64,000 nucleotides of DNA, taken from the NCBI GenBank assembly GCA_048128005.1, contig JBEUKZ010000032.1, positions 310,001 through 374,000 of the forward strand, read 5' to 3'. Positions 25,344 through 38,748 of the stretch are shown here, piece after piece; positions within the stretch are counted from its first letter, which is position 1; each line of letters begins with the position of its first letter. Source of the DNA: Veleropilina oligotropha (taxonomy: Eukaryota). The notes below the pieces were generated by a model. It saw only the letters and a list, made by a program, of their open reading frames with translations, was not told where the DNA came from and ran no database searches. Both the position numbers and the translations under genes were made by a program.

Positions 25344-25453
25344 GGAGATAGGCCGAAAAGTGTCCATTATGTCAGATAATAGACAGTTCGAGGCGCGTTA
25401 GCGCCGAGAACTGTCTATTATCTGACATAATGGACCCTTTGAGGCATATCTCC
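25344..25453. repeat. Long palindrome with perfect 28-bp arms (25362-25389 and 25408-25435)
   Basis: GTCCATTATGTCAGATAATAGACAGTTC, a loop, then GAACTGTCTATTATCTGACATAATGGAC. Confidence 0.9.
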
Positions 25454-26539
25454 GACTTAAAGCACTGCATGCTTCCCCATTGTCTTCATATTGGATACGT
25501 CTCTGTTTCCTAATTTGTCATATCAATGGACAATCATCAGCAGACAGTCTTTGTTATCCTAATTAGGCAAACATGCAGGATAATTTTGACAATGCTGAAA
25601 AAGCATGCTGCGCGTGGATGTTCATTTCTCAATGTTGTCAACATTCACCGACATTTGTTTGGATATCATAGCGGTGTAAACCTCCGGTCTCAGTTACAAA
25701 AGGTAAGATATTTAATTTATACATACTGTTTTAGACTATCATCAACAGCTGAAAACTGCCAAAACTATAATGTTAGCAGGTTAGAGTATAATTTTCACCT
25801 GGAATATAATATTGGTGTTTAGCTGCACGAATCATCGAAACATTAATTACGTTTATGCATTGATTCTGCACTTAAAATTAAATGTAAAACCACAGTCGCA
25901 TAGCGTTGGCATGAATGACCGGGAACAGATTTTTATGGTGAACTAATTTTTATCTAGAAATGACACCTGGCCGATTGCGGACGGTCCAAATCATTTCTGG
26001 AATTGGTTCCACCCAAACTTTGCTTGTATTGGTGAAACAAGACATTTACTGATTTTGGATACTTGTTTTCGTTCTTTCTTTAATATTATTTCTGTATTTT
26101 CAGCGTCTCATATCTGTAATGGATTATAATTTAAACCATAAAGAGAATTTCGGGCATTGGATGGACCTATCGATGGATTAATCACTCCGAATGGATGTAC
26201 TCGTAATCTGGTAATAATGGAGAAATATGCATTTGATTTACAAGGTTTATTGGATTATCATGATTATTCGCATTCTTTTCGGAATTCGATAGATGGAATT
26301 ATGAATTGTGATTGATCAAATATGATCCAAACGCGTTATACGAAATATTCATCTCCGACGTCGTCGTCATCGTCAACATTATATGTGATATTTACAGTCG
26401 TATTTCGAGGATATATAAAGGATATATCAAAGATGAAATTCGTGATAGAAAGAAACTAGAGGTATAATCCTCATACAGGCCCGCCTTTTGGATATATAAA
26501 TCCATAGAGAGGAAAATAATCAATAACTCTATATCTTCA

Positions 26540-28016
26540 AAGTGCACGAAAATGACCTTGACCTTTGACCCAGAGACTCCATTTTTGAACTTAACCAAGG
26601 CCTTATGGTATACAAGGTGCATACCCAAGATGAAAGCTGTAGGTCCAGCGGTTCATCTTCTATGTGACAGAAAGCAATCTTCGAAGTGCCAGAACGGAAA
26701 TACACGAAAAAGACCTTGACCTTTGACCCAGCGACCCCATCTTTGAACTTGGGCTAGGCCTTATGGTATACAAGGTGCATACCCAAGATGAAAGCTGTAG
26801 GTCCAGCGGTTCATCTTCTATGTGACAGAAAGCAATCTTCGAAGTGCCAGAACGGAAATACACGAAAAAGACCTTGACCTTTGACCCAGCGACCCCATCT
26901 TTGAACTTGGGCTAGGCCTGATGGTATACAAGGTGCATACCCAAGATGAAAGCTGTAGGTCCAGCGGTTCATCTTCTATGTGACAGAAAGCAATCTTCGA
27001 AGTGCCAGAACGGAAATACATGAAAATGACCTTGACCTTTGACCCAGCGATCCCATCTATGAACTTGGGCTAGGCCTGATGGTATACAAGGTGCATACCC
27101 AAGATGAAAGCTGTAGGTCCAGCGGTTCATCTTCTATGTGACAGAAAGCAATCTTCGAAGTGCCAGAACGGAAATACACGAAAATGACCTTGACCTTTGA
27201 CCCAGCGACCCCATCTTTGAACTTGGGCTAGGCCTGATGGTATACAAGGTGCATACCCAAGATGAAAGCTGTAGGTCCAGCGGTTCATCTTCTATGTGAC
27301 AGAAAGCAATCTTCGAAGTGCCAGAACGGAAATACACGAAAATGACCTTGACCTTTGACCCAGCGACCCCATCTTTGAACTTGGGCTAGGCCTGATGGTA
27401 TACAAGGTGCATACCCAAGATGAAAGCTGTAAGTCCAGCGGTTCATCTTCTATGTGACAGAAAGCAATCTTCGAAGTGCCAGAACGGAAATACACGAAAA
27501 TGACCTTGACCTTTGACCCAGCGACCCCATCTTTGAACTTGGGCTAGGCCTGATGGTATACAAGGTGCATACCCAAGATGAAAGCTGTAGGTCCAGCGGT
27601 TCATGTTCTATGTGACAGAAAGCAATCTTCGAAGTGCCAGAACGGAAATACACGAAAATGACCTTGACCTTTGACCCAGCGATCCCATCTTTGAACTTGG
27701 GCTAGGCCTGATGGTATACAAGGTGCATACCCAAGATGAAAGCTGTAGGTCCAGCGGTTCATGTTCTATGTGACAGAAAGCAATCTTCGAAGTGCCAGAA
27801 CGGAAATACACGAAAATGACCTTGACCTTTGACCCAGCGACCCCATCTTTGAACTTGGGCTAGGCCTGATGGTATATAAGATGTATACCAAATATGAAAG
27901 GAGTAAGTCCAGCGGTTCATCTTCTATGTGACAGAAAGCATCAGGCGACGGACGACGGACGGACGACGGACGGAAGTACACGGCTATAGCCCTGCCTTTA
28001 GAAGGCGGGCCAAAAA
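26540..28016. repeat. 158-bp satellite array (~9 copies) forming the core of a HINE-like element
   Basis: Near-identical 158-bp units, followed by a (GACG)n microsatellite, the hairpin GCCCTGCCTT..AAGGCGGGC and AAAAA. Confidence 0.93.
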
Positions 28017-28594
28017 TGCTACCTACAACTCGTGATAAAGAAAAGATATTTCTTCAATGGATATACATAATATTATATCGATAAAAATATATATTGTATA
28101 TATTGTATTGTCATATTTATTTTGAACTTCTGCAAACTGGAGTAAGTGTCCATTAAACGCTTTACAAATTGCCTTTTTGTTGTTGTTTTAGCTCATGTAA
28201 AAGTCAATTGTTACCTTGCTGATCATTTGTCTATTTTTAGTTTGTCACTGTCTATTATTTCACTGTCCATTATTAAAATAATAGACACCTAGCCGAAATA
28301 ATGGACAGCAGCCAATTAATAATAGACTGTTACTTCATGCTTGCAGTACATTATGCCACATAATGGTTGCAAAGAACAATGGGTGACGTCACAGCTGTGA
28401 TTTAAGCTTAATTCCTTGCCCAAGGGATTGAACCCCAAACCTCTCGATGAGAGGCTAGTGCAACTACCACTGAGCCATGGCATATAAACAGTAGTAGGAT
28501 GTTATGGATTAAATTGTTCATGGTTTCAAGAATCACTTAGATAATAAATAGTAAATATAGATTTACTTACTTTGAAGCAAAATATTGCGAAACG

Positions 28595-28639
28595 ATTATG
28601 ACGTTTCGGTCCATCTACTGCGGACCTTGGTCACGTAAT
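28595..28639 (-). ncRNA. Minimal hammerhead ribozyme-like motif (G3-C8 core variant)
   Basis: The minus strand reads attac GTGACCA A GGTCC gcagtagat GGACC GAAAC GTC ataat. Confidence 0.6.
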
Positions 28640-28905
28640 GACGGTTTATGACGTCTACAGCGCTCTACGTTGCAGGAGAATCGATGATTCGGTGTAGGGG
28701 ATCATTGTCTAGAGACTGGACACTCAGTATTCATAAAGAACATCAGGATACTAATACAAGAAGAAGACTGGTTCAGCCGCAAAGTGAAAGAAGACATTTA
28801 CATCAGGCAACAGAAACCCACCATGAACCGGGACCTGGGCTACCACCTCCCGGCCGTCTACACATCGATTCTCATGCCACGTAGAGTGCTACATCATAAA
28901 CCGTC

Positions 28906-28950
28906 ACTGCGTGACCAAGGTCCGCAGTAGACGGACCGAAACGTCATAAT
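28906..28950 (+). ncRNA. Minimal hammerhead ribozyme-like motif (G3-C8 core variant), second copy
   Basis: GTGACCA A GGTCCG cagtaga CGGACC GAAAC GTC; helix I is degraded. Confidence 0.55.
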
Positions 28951-29074
28951 CGTTTTCGCAATTTTTTGTTTCAAAGTAAGTAAATCTATATTTACTATTT
29001 ATTATCTAAGTAGTAGGATGGTAGAGCAATAAAGTTTCCAATTATCATACCAGTAATATTAAAAAAATACATAC

Positions 29075-29175
29075 CACTTTCAATTCATTCTTTGCCGCAT
29101 CAATACTTGAGATGAAGTATGCATGCCTCATACCAGAAAGGAGAGCCCTTTGTCCAAGAGTCCAATAGTGAGTAC
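29075..29175 (-). CDS. TRMU: TRMU exon (GTHYWTLGQRALLSGMRHAYFISSIDAAKNELKV)
   Basis: Flanked by tatag and gtatgt; TLGQR motif; 101 nt, phases fit. Confidence 0.93.
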
Positions 29176-29691
29176 CTATACAGTAAATCGAGTAAATCAA
29201 AATTCTCAATTGCATAATAATTTATTATGAGAACTGCATGTTTACACGAGATGAATCAGTAATTGTTGGAGTATACTAGTCTTGATCCACTTGCTAACAA
29301 CCAGGGGCGTGCCCAGAGGGGGCACGTGCCGCTCCTATCATTCTGCTGAGCGTAAGTATACAGTACACAAAGCATTTGCACAGGCATTCCAAAACTAGCG
29401 AAGCCTTGTTAATTAATTAAAGATGCTGATTCTGCTTCGTTGCTAAATTTGCATACGAAAGAAAACTACAAATGGGATATTGTGCGTATTTATCACCTAC
29501 TCATTCGATGATTCGCAAGTTAAAATGCAGCATAAAGTATTACAATTATTATATAATAGTTTCAATCACAGCATAATTTTAGCATGAACGGCTGCATTGG
29601 AAGCTATTTTATATAACGGGAAGTTCCACCTCAATGTAAATTCGCATCGAGAAGATTTGAACAAAAGCCACCGAGGTATCCCCTCTTAAGT

Positions 29692-29930
29692 TGGGGGGGG
29701 GGGGAATGGGGAGGTAAAGTGGAGGGGGAGCAAAGTGTGGGGGGGGGGGTAAAGTGGGGGGGGGGGGTAAAGTGGGGGTGGAGAAATGGAGGGGGAAAGT
29801 GGGGGGAGCGAGAAATGTAGGGGGTAAAGAGTGGGGGGGTAGTGTGTGTGTGCAGGGGTAAAGTGGGGTGCAAAATGGAGGGGTGAGTGAAAAGGGGAGC
29901 AAGAAATGTGGGGGGGGGGGAAATGGGGGA
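29692..29930. repeat. G-rich low-complexity tract
   Basis: G runs separated by TAAAGT/AAAT linkers. Confidence 0.9.
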
Positions 29931-29969
29931 TTTTATCAAAATCACCCGTTTACAGTACCAGCTAGTACT

Positions 29970-32900
29970 TATATATAATAGCTTATGAAATTTGAAGAAG
30001 ATGGCTATTGACTAACATCAAAAAAGGTAGGTGAGTTTCTTATAGCATGAATTCAAATATGAAGTTCCACAGACTATGTTCTAAAACTTAAAAAAATGTG
30101 GTAAAAATATTTTTTTTCATTCAATATTCCAACTCATGATAGTTCATACATAGATAGTATCATGATGATATATCTAATAGCTTATGAAGTTTGAATGAGA
30201 TGGCTCTTGATTAACATAAAAACTAGAAATATATGTTCCCTGGAACATGGATTCTAGCCCCTGGTATAAACTTGCCAAGTGATATGAATTTTGGTTGTCT
30301 ACATGACTAATAGGGAGAAATGTAACTGTACTTATTAATGTATAAGCAATTACTTTACGAAAGTTGAAGGAGGGCGATGTTTATTAGCAGCAAAATTAAT
30401 ATGTGACTTTATTATATGTAATTTATGCTCCAGAGGCGAAGTCCAAAATCCCAATAAAACATGGAAATAATTAATATTTTCGTTCAATATTCGAACTCGT
30501 GACAGTTCAAACTTATATCTGTTAGTATACAAAGTTGATGGCGGTGGTTATTTATTATCAGCAAAAATAATAGGCGACTTTCTTATATATATGTAATTTA
30601 TGCTCCAGTGGCGAAGTCCAAAAACCGAATAAAACATGGAAATAATTAACATTTCCATTCAATATTCGAACTCATGACAGTTCAAACTTATATCTGTTAG
30701 CAAACAAAAGCAGAAGGAAGTGGTTTGAGATAAACTTCCAAAAAATAAGTGACTTCCTTATATATAAATTATGCTCCATAGGCTAAGTCCAAAAACCCAA
30801 TAAAACATGGAATAAATTTAAAAAATTGTTCAATATTCGAACTCATGACAGTTCAAACTTATATCAGTTAGTAAACAAAAGCTGAAGGAAGTGGTTTAAG
30901 ATCAACAGCAAAAATAATAGGTGACTTTCTTGTATATAAATTGTGCTCCATAGGTTATGTCCAAAAACCCAATAAAACATGGAAATAATTAAAACATTCG
31001 TTCAATATTTGAACTCATGATAGATCAAACTTATATCTGTTAGTATTCAAAAGCTGAAGGAAGTGGTTTGAGATCAACAGCAAAAATAATAGGTGACTTT
31101 CTTGGAAATAAATTGTGCTCCATAGGCTTATGTCCAAAAGCCCAATAAAACATGGAAATAATTAAAAAATTCGTTCAATATTTGAACTCGTGATAGATCA
31201 AACTTAGATCTGTTAGTATACAAAATCTGAAGGAAGTGGTTTGAGATCAACAGCAAAAATAATAGGTGAATTTCTTGTATATAAATTGTGCTCTATAGGC
31301 TATGTACAAAAACCCAATAAAACATGGAAATAATTTAAAACATTCGTTCAATATTTGAACTCATGATAGATCAAACTTATATCTGTTAGTATACAAAAGC
31401 TGAAGGAAGTGGTTTGAGATCAACAGCAAAAATAATAGGTGACTTTCTCGGAAATAAATTGTGCTCCATAGGCTATGTCCAAAAACCCAATAAAACATGG
31501 AAATAATAAAAAAATTAATTCAATATTTGAACTCGTGATAGATCAAACTTATATCTGTTAGTATACAAAAGCTGAAGGAAGTGGTTCGAGATCAACATCA
31601 ACAAGTGATTGCCACTATGTGGCGATTGTCCCCCACCCGTATTATTGACCGCACATATATTTTTGCACGCTGTGTATCAGTAACTCAATGAGAACAAGAA
31701 TGCACAGCAGAGTGATTACCTCTGCCAGGCCGAGTACAAAGAAATCTTTGAGGAGATTAAAATATATTATTATTTTATAATTTCTTATTTTTAATAATGT
31801 CCTTGGAATAAAAAATAATTCCAAAACTTCAATGTTGCTGGTTATCATTATAGCTCAGTCACTATTTTAACAGAGCCATTACTGTTAAACCAATCAAGTT
31901 CTACTGACACTGTATATAGTTTTTGCTTATCATGAAAGATTTACTGTACATGTATAATTTTAATAAATAAATTACAGCACCAAATAGTCCAATACAACAG
32001 GACAGTATAAACTCCTTGGTTTACATGATAAATAATACCAGCATAATTTGCTTTAACAATGCTCAACATGTGCAGATGTTTATAAAAATTTAAAGTTTGT
32101 GCTCACAGTTTTACTTTCAGAGACTAAGTCAAAATTTGACAAAAAAAATATTAAATTTTATAAATAAATTATCATTATTCGAACTTGATGTAGATTATAA
32201 TGTGCTTAATTGATCTGTAAAGTTTCAGAAAGCTAGCATGTCTGTAAAGGAAAAATAATTTAGTGAGTTTGTGGTCACAGTTTTACTTTCAGAGATTAAG
32301 TCCAAAGATGCCATAAAATATATTACATTTTTAAAATATTTTTTTATTATTCGTACTTGATGTAGCCTATAATATGGTTAATTGATCTGTAAAGATTCAG
32401 AAAGCTAGCATGTCTCTAAAGGAAAAACAATTTAGTGAGCTTTTGGTCAAAATTTTACTTCACGGGACTAAGTCCAAAGTTGTCAAAAAAAATATATTAA
32501 ATTTTTTAAATAATTTTTCAATATTCAAACTTGATGTAGCCTATAATATGGTTAATTGATGTGTAAAGATTCAGAAACCCAGGATGTCTGTAAAGGAAAC
32601 ATAATTTAATGAGTTTGTGCCCAAAGTTTTACTTCCAGAGGCAAAGTCAAAAGTTGCAAAAAATATATTAAATCTTTAAAATATTTTTTCATAACTCGAA
32701 CTTTATGTAGCCTATAATGTAATTAATTGGTCTGTAAAGATTCAGAAAGCTAGCATGTCTGTAAAGGAAAAATAATTTAGTGAGATTTTGGTCATAATTT
32801 TACTTCACGAGACTAAGTCCATTTGAAATATTCAATTTTTAAAATAACTTTTCATTATTCCAACTTGATGTAGCCTATAACATAGTTAATTGATACGCAA

Positions 32901-34570
32901 AGATTCAGAAAGCTAGCATTTCTGTAAAGGAAAAAAATAATTTAGTGAGTTTTTGGTCAACATTTTACTTCACGAGACTAAGTCCAAAGTTGTCAAAAAA
33001 AATTATATTAAATTTGTAAAATAAATTCTCAATATTCGAACTTAATATACCCCATGATGTGGTTAATAGACCTGTAAAGTTTCAGAAAGCTAGCATTTCT
33101 CTAAATCACAAAAAAAGATGTGAGAAAATTGATCACATCTATGCTTCCAGAGACTATGTTCAAAATCGCCGAAAAGTTGCCAAAATAACATAACTTTTCA
33201 TAATAAATTACCAATATTCGAACTTGATCTACCCAATGATGTGGTTAATTGACCTGTAAAGTTTCGGAACGCCAGCATTTCTCAAAATGACAAAAAAAGA
33301 TGTGAGAAAATCTGTGACGGACGGACGGAGGGACGGACGGATGCACGGACATGAATACTTATGTCCCCCGTCCGCTTGCGGCGGGGGACAAAAATAATAG
33401 GTGACTTTATTGTATATAAATTGTGCTCGATAGGCTAAGTCCAAAACCCCAATAAAACATGAAATAAATAAAATATTCATTCAATAGTTCAAACTTATAT
33501 CTGTTAGTGTAAGAAAGTTGACAGCGGTGGTTACTTGTTATCAGCAAAAATAATAGGTGACTTTCTTATATGTAATTTATACTTCAGAGATCAAAACATT
33601 GAAAAAATTAAAATATTCAATCAATATTCAAACTCATGATAGTTTAATCGTATATCTGTTAATATGTCAAGTTTGGGGGAAGTGGCCTCTCAGTAACATG
33701 GATAAAGATCCATGAGATATAATGTGTCACGGACGGACGGACATACCAAAAGCATGATGCCCCCTAGACCGACTAAAGCGGACGGGGGCATAAAAATAAG
33801 TGAGTTTCTTATAGTACGAGATATGAAATGAAGCCCCAGAGACTATGTCCAAAAACATGAAAGATGTGGTAAAAAATACACGTTTTTCATACTTATATAT
33901 AATAGCATATGAAGTTTGAAGAAGGTGGCTATTGATTAACATCGAAAAAGATAGGTGAGTTTCTTATAGCATGAGATCATAAATGTAGCTCCAGAGACTA
34001 TGTTCAAAAACGTAAAAAATGTATTAAAAAATAAATATTTTCATTCAACATTCGAAATCATGCTAGTTCATACTTATATATAATAGCTTTTGAAGTTTAC
34101 AGAAGGTGGCTATTGATTAACATAAAAAAAGATAGGTGAGTTCCTTACAGCATGGGGTCATAAATAATGCTCCAGAGACTATGTTCAAAAACATAAAAAA
34201 TGTAGTAAAAAATAAATATTTTCATTCAACATTCGAACTCATGATAGTTCATACTTATATAAGATAGCTTAGGAAGTTTGAAGAAGATGGTTATTGATTA
34301 ACATCGAAAAAGGTAGGTGAGTTTCTTATAGCATGAGATCAGAAATGAAGCTCCAGAGATTATGTTCCAAAACGTAAAAAAATGTGGTAAAAAATAAATA
34401 TTTTCATTCAATATTCGAACTCATGATAGTTCATACTTATATCTAATAGCATATTAAGTTTGAAGAAGATCGCTCATGATTAACATCGAAAAAGATAAGT
34501 GAGTTCAATCTGTTACGGACGGACCAAAAGCATAATGCCCCCTGGCCGACTCAAGTCAAGCCGGGGGCAT
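29970..34570. repeat. Nested arrays of related AT-rich ~170-180-bp satellite units (HINE cores)
   Basis: Three variant arrays (~30340-31600, ~32090-33310, ~33800-34505). (GACG)n microsatellites and terminal hairpins occur at ~33360, ~33757 and ~34536. Confidence 0.85.
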
Positions 34571-35611
34571 AATAAACAAAGTAAGATATAGAACATATGT
34601 ATTGGCTAGTATATTGAATTATGATTTTAAATTTGCACCTTAATCTTAAATTGTTACTTTATTTTGAAGCATTCAAAAATACCAGACAATACTGTTTCTT
34701 ATCCTGGAGCAATTCAAAAGTTATTCTTCCATCTACAAATGTAACATTTTGCGATTCTCAGTTAATTAGTTAATGTTATGAAAGCAAAAAGATATACGGA
34801 GCATATGTCGTTGTTTCAAATATGCCAGACATTCCATAGAGCTTTCATACCCAGCTGAACTGACAGTCAGTTAACAAAATGTTCTTCTGTTTACTGTAAC
34901 ATTCACCTTGAAATGCTAAGAACTCCCTCCAATATGTGACGAAATGCAAAGTTCACTCAAAATAGTGATAACAATGATTCATAAATATTGGTAAGAAATT
35001 TCATATTTATGCTCTCAGAATGCAGGAGAGGTTTCACATCGTTAATTGCCCCCACGCGGACAGTTCATATTATATTCCTAGGACAGGTGGATCCTGAAAC
35101 GAATTTTTTGAATACTTTGTTTGTTTTATGACTCGTTTTAGCAGTTATTCAGTGTTCAGTCAAATAGCAATCAGGATTACAAGTTTAAGGTCACATCCAA
35201 TCAGAAAAAAAAATTTACTGAAATATAGTGGTGACAATGGTTCATAAATGTTGGTAAGGAATGCCGCATTTACACTCTCAAAATGCAGGACAATGGGCTT
35301 CATGCCATTAACTGTCAAAATTATTCTTCAAGCGCCCCCACACGGATGACTGAATAGTGACAAAAAAACGAAACTTTTCTCATGGAACTTGGTGATAATG
35401 GTTCATAAATGATGGTAAAAATATCGAAGTTTCACTCTCAGAATGTAGGAGAGGGGGTTTCACACAGTTAATTGTCAAAATTTTCTTCCGCGTGGCACCC
35501 CACCCCCATGCGGACAGTTGATGTGGACCTCTGTTTTGGAAAATCATGGACGTGTCCCTGATATTGAAATGCTGCTGGACCAAAAGAAATCACCTTAAGC
35601 ATATTACGAGC

Positions 35612-36310
35612 CTGCTCTAGAATACAATATGACACTGTGTTACTGCTCTAGAATACAATATGGCACTGTTACTGCTCTAAAATAAAATATGACACTGTGT
35701 TACTGCTCTAGAATGCAATATGACACTGTGTTACTGCTCTAGAATACAATATGACACTGTGTTACTGCTCTAAAATACAATATGACACTGTGTTACTGCT
35801 CTAGAATGCAATATGACACTGTGTTACTGCTCTAGAATACAATATGACACTGTGTTACTGCTCTAAAATACAATATGACACTGTGTTACTGCTCTAGAAT
35901 GCAATATGACACCGTGTTACTGCTCTAGAATGCAATATGACACTGTGTTACTGCTCTAGAATGCAATATGACACTGTGTTACTACTCTAGAATGCAATAT
36001 GACACTGTTACTGCTCTAAAATACAATATGACACTGTGTTACTGCTCTAGAATGCAATATGACACTGTGTTACTGCTCTAGAATACAATATGACACTGTG
36101 TTACTGCTCTAAAATACAATATGACACTGTGTTACTGCTCTAGAATGCAATATGACACTGTGTTACTGCTCTAGAATACAATATGACACTGTGTTACTGC
36201 TCTAGAATGCAATATGACACTGTGTTACTGCTCTAGAATGCAATATGACACTGTGTTACTGCTCTAGAATGCAATATGACACTGTGTTACTGCTCTAAAA
36301 TACAATATGA
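35612..36310. repeat. 31-bp minisatellite, ~22 copies
   Basis: Unit CTGCTCTAGAAT(A/G)CAATATGACACTGTGTTA. Confidence 0.97.
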
Positions 36311-36911
36311 TATTGTGATAATTTTCCGAAATATTTCAGGAGGGGATGCATAAAATCGTGCCGCCCGTGTTGATAATTTCTGGACACGCCCCTGACAACT
36401 ACCTAACATTCAGAGCCCAGGTGGCAAGAAACATGATGGTGAAAGTTAGAAATCTCTATGACTAATAACAGGAACTCCGAAACGCTTCTACTCTTTAGTC
36501 TTTCCGAACAAAACTCAAGACCTACTTCTTCCAACAAGCCTACAACATGTACAGCTGATCTTTTCATGAGCTATATTCCTCTCTAGCTTAGAGATTGTTT
36601 TTACATGAAATACAGCGCAGTACAAATTGAGTATTATTATAATTATACACGAAAAGATATCGTGTAAGTGTGACAGCCCTACTCTCTGGTTATTACCCTT
36701 CAACTTCCTCTGAGAGTATCACAGTCAATACAAGTATATACCGCTGTGACTGACATAGCTTCCCATCGCTGGGTGGACTGAGGCAACTATATATAGCGAC
36801 TTATCTTCTTTTCAAAGTGAAATCACTGAGACTGGGGATAAAACCTGACTCTCTGCGACCACGGGTCTGTGATCTATCCACTACACATGTCAGCATATAT
36901 GGCTTCCTTAC

Positions 36912-36978
36912 CATTGTGACAACCAAGTTCTTTTCCTGTCTCCACGTCAACAAACTTGCCCGGTCTTGGTTCCAAATA
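36912..36978 (-). CDS. TRMU: TRMU exon (YLEPRPGKFVDVETGKELGCHN-G)
   Basis: Flanked by ttcag and gtaagg; MnmA-like YL...PG......G..LG.H.G. Confidence 0.93.
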
Positions 36979-37062
36979 CTGAAAGAAACCAATTGCAATA
37001 AAATTAAATATGACAATATATGGGCCTGAACACCACCAGTGTTCAAAAATTAAAATATTAGA

Positions 37063-37324
37063 GGAGGAGGAGGAATGATGCTTAATGTCCTGTATATTTA
37101 CAACATCGAGGTTCAAGGCAGGACATGTCCATGTTATCGCGGGAGGAAACCCCGGTCGCCGGGTAAACCCGCCCTCTTCGGCCAGTCACGGACAACTGTG
37201 CTTCATAACTTGAACAAATGTGTGCTGCCTCAGCCGGGGGTCGATCCCACTACTGTTCGCATCAGCGGAAACAAGCCAGTGAATTTAGAGTGGACACTCT
37301 ACCCACTGCGCTACCGAAGCGGCC
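37063..37324 (-). mobile_element. tRNA-derived SINE, same family as 18693
   Basis: Reverse-complement match to 18693-18953; TSD TAAAATATTAGA. Confidence 0.88.
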
Positions 37325-37688
37325 TAAAATATTAGAAGAACAGACATACAATTTTCATATTTACAGAATGAATTTCGTCAAAAAAACATCATAAATACAT
37401 GTAATGCCAAATTAGAAATAATACTATCAAGCACTTCTTTAAAAATGTATCAAACCAGAAAAATTACTGGGAAATAGGCCGTTGGATGAAAAAAAGCATA
37501 TGTCCATCAGAATAGTTCTGCTGACTACGTCACAGCAGAGCTGAAATGACAAGTAAATTTAAATATGGTTAATAACTGGACATGTTACTATCAACTGTTT
37601 CATCTGATTGTATAGAGATGTTAAACCAGTATCTTGACTGCAATAGGAATGAGAAATTAGACTGGTTCTAAAATTAATATGAAATACA

Positions 37689-38450
37689 ACTAGAATGCTC
37701 AGTCACGAGTGACTGCATATGTATCTCCCGGTAATGGCCTGTCTAGAGCGATCACAAGGAATTATGCTTTAAAATCCAAGATGGCAGCCACAGCGGCCAT
37801 CTTGGAGGTCGGACCACACCCAAAATCTCTAGGTATTGTGACCTCACTCAAACCAATTCACACACCAAATTTGGAAACATTCCTTTAAGAAATGGCCTGT
37901 CTAGAGCGATCACGAAGAATCTCTTGGCGTCGGCCATCTTGGAAGTCAGACCACACCCAAAATTTCTAGGTGTCGTGTCCTCATCCAAACAAATGCACAT
38001 ACCAAATTTGAACATATTCCGTTTAGAAATGGCCTGTCTAGAGCGATCACAAGGAATTATGCCTTAAAATAATCCAAGATGGATGCCACAGCGGCCATCT
38101 TGGAGGTCGGACCACACCCAAAATCTATAGGTGTCGTGTCCTCGCCCCAACCAATGCACATACCAAATTTGAAAATATTCTGGTAAGAAATGGCCTGTCT
38201 AGAGCGATCACAAGGAATTATGCTTTAAAATCCAAGATGGAGGCCACAGCGGCCATCTTGGAGGTCGGACGACACCCAAATTCTATAGGTGTCGTGTCCT
38301 CACCCCAACCAATGCACATACCAAATTTGGAAACATTCCGTTAAGAAATGGCCTGTCTAGTGCGATCACGAGGAATCTCTCGTCGGACGCGGCGGCGTAA
38401 CGGATGCTAAACCATAGTATCCCCGACACTTTCGTTTCGGGGGATACAAT
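37689..38450. mobile_element. HINE-like element with tandem core
   Basis: Repeated AATGGCCTGTCTAGAGCGATCAC...GGCCATCTTGGAGGTCGGAC units; terminal hairpin TATCCCCGA..TCGGGGATA. Confidence 0.7.
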
Positions 38451-38694
38451 TACACTGTTGGCTACAGCTAATCCATGTTGAACGTAGTGGTACTCGCCAC
38501 AGTTAAGCAATGGTGAGTCTGGTCTGTGCGTGGCTTGGTGTAAATGCAATTACACAGTATTGCCTGGGTACCGAAGACACAACATCATGACATTGTCAAA
38601 CCTGGGCTTCAAACGGCGATATTTTAAAAACAGTCGTGACTCATACCACATGTAAATGAACTGTTATCTTATCATAAGAATTCATGAAACTCAC

Positions 38695-38748
38695 CTCTTC
38701 GATGAAATTTCGGAAATTTCTGGAGCCAATAAAGCATATCCCCATACT
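38695..38748 (-). CDS. TRMU: TRMU exon (SMGICFIGSRNFRNFIEE) containing the catalytic Cys motif
   Basis: Flanked by ttcag and gtgagt; S.GICFIG motif. Confidence 0.95.

Larger units (their letters stand above)
28502..29008 (+). mobile_element. Penelope-like retroelement 3' fragment with inverted pLTR arms
   Basis: GIY-YIG C-terminus GHSVFIKNIRILIQEEDWFSRKVKEDIYIRQQKPTMNRDLGYHLPAVY (~28709-28874); inverted arms ~28535-28653 and ~28891-29011; 12-bp flanking direct repeat AGTAGTAGGATG. Confidence 0.87.
29302..36394. mobile_element. Putative 7.1-kb composite non-autonomous DNA element filled with nested repeats
   Basis: TIRs CAGGGGCGTGCCCAG and CTGGACACGCCCCTG (14/15 match), flanked by the direct repeat ACAAC. 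Confidence 0.55.

Noticed and set aside
26660..27981. Seven near-identical 67-71-aa ORFs
   Set aside because: They are a by-product of the 158-bp satellite period and show no protein features.
29609..29945. Pro-rich ORFs
   Set aside because: They are translations of a G-rich low-complexity tract.
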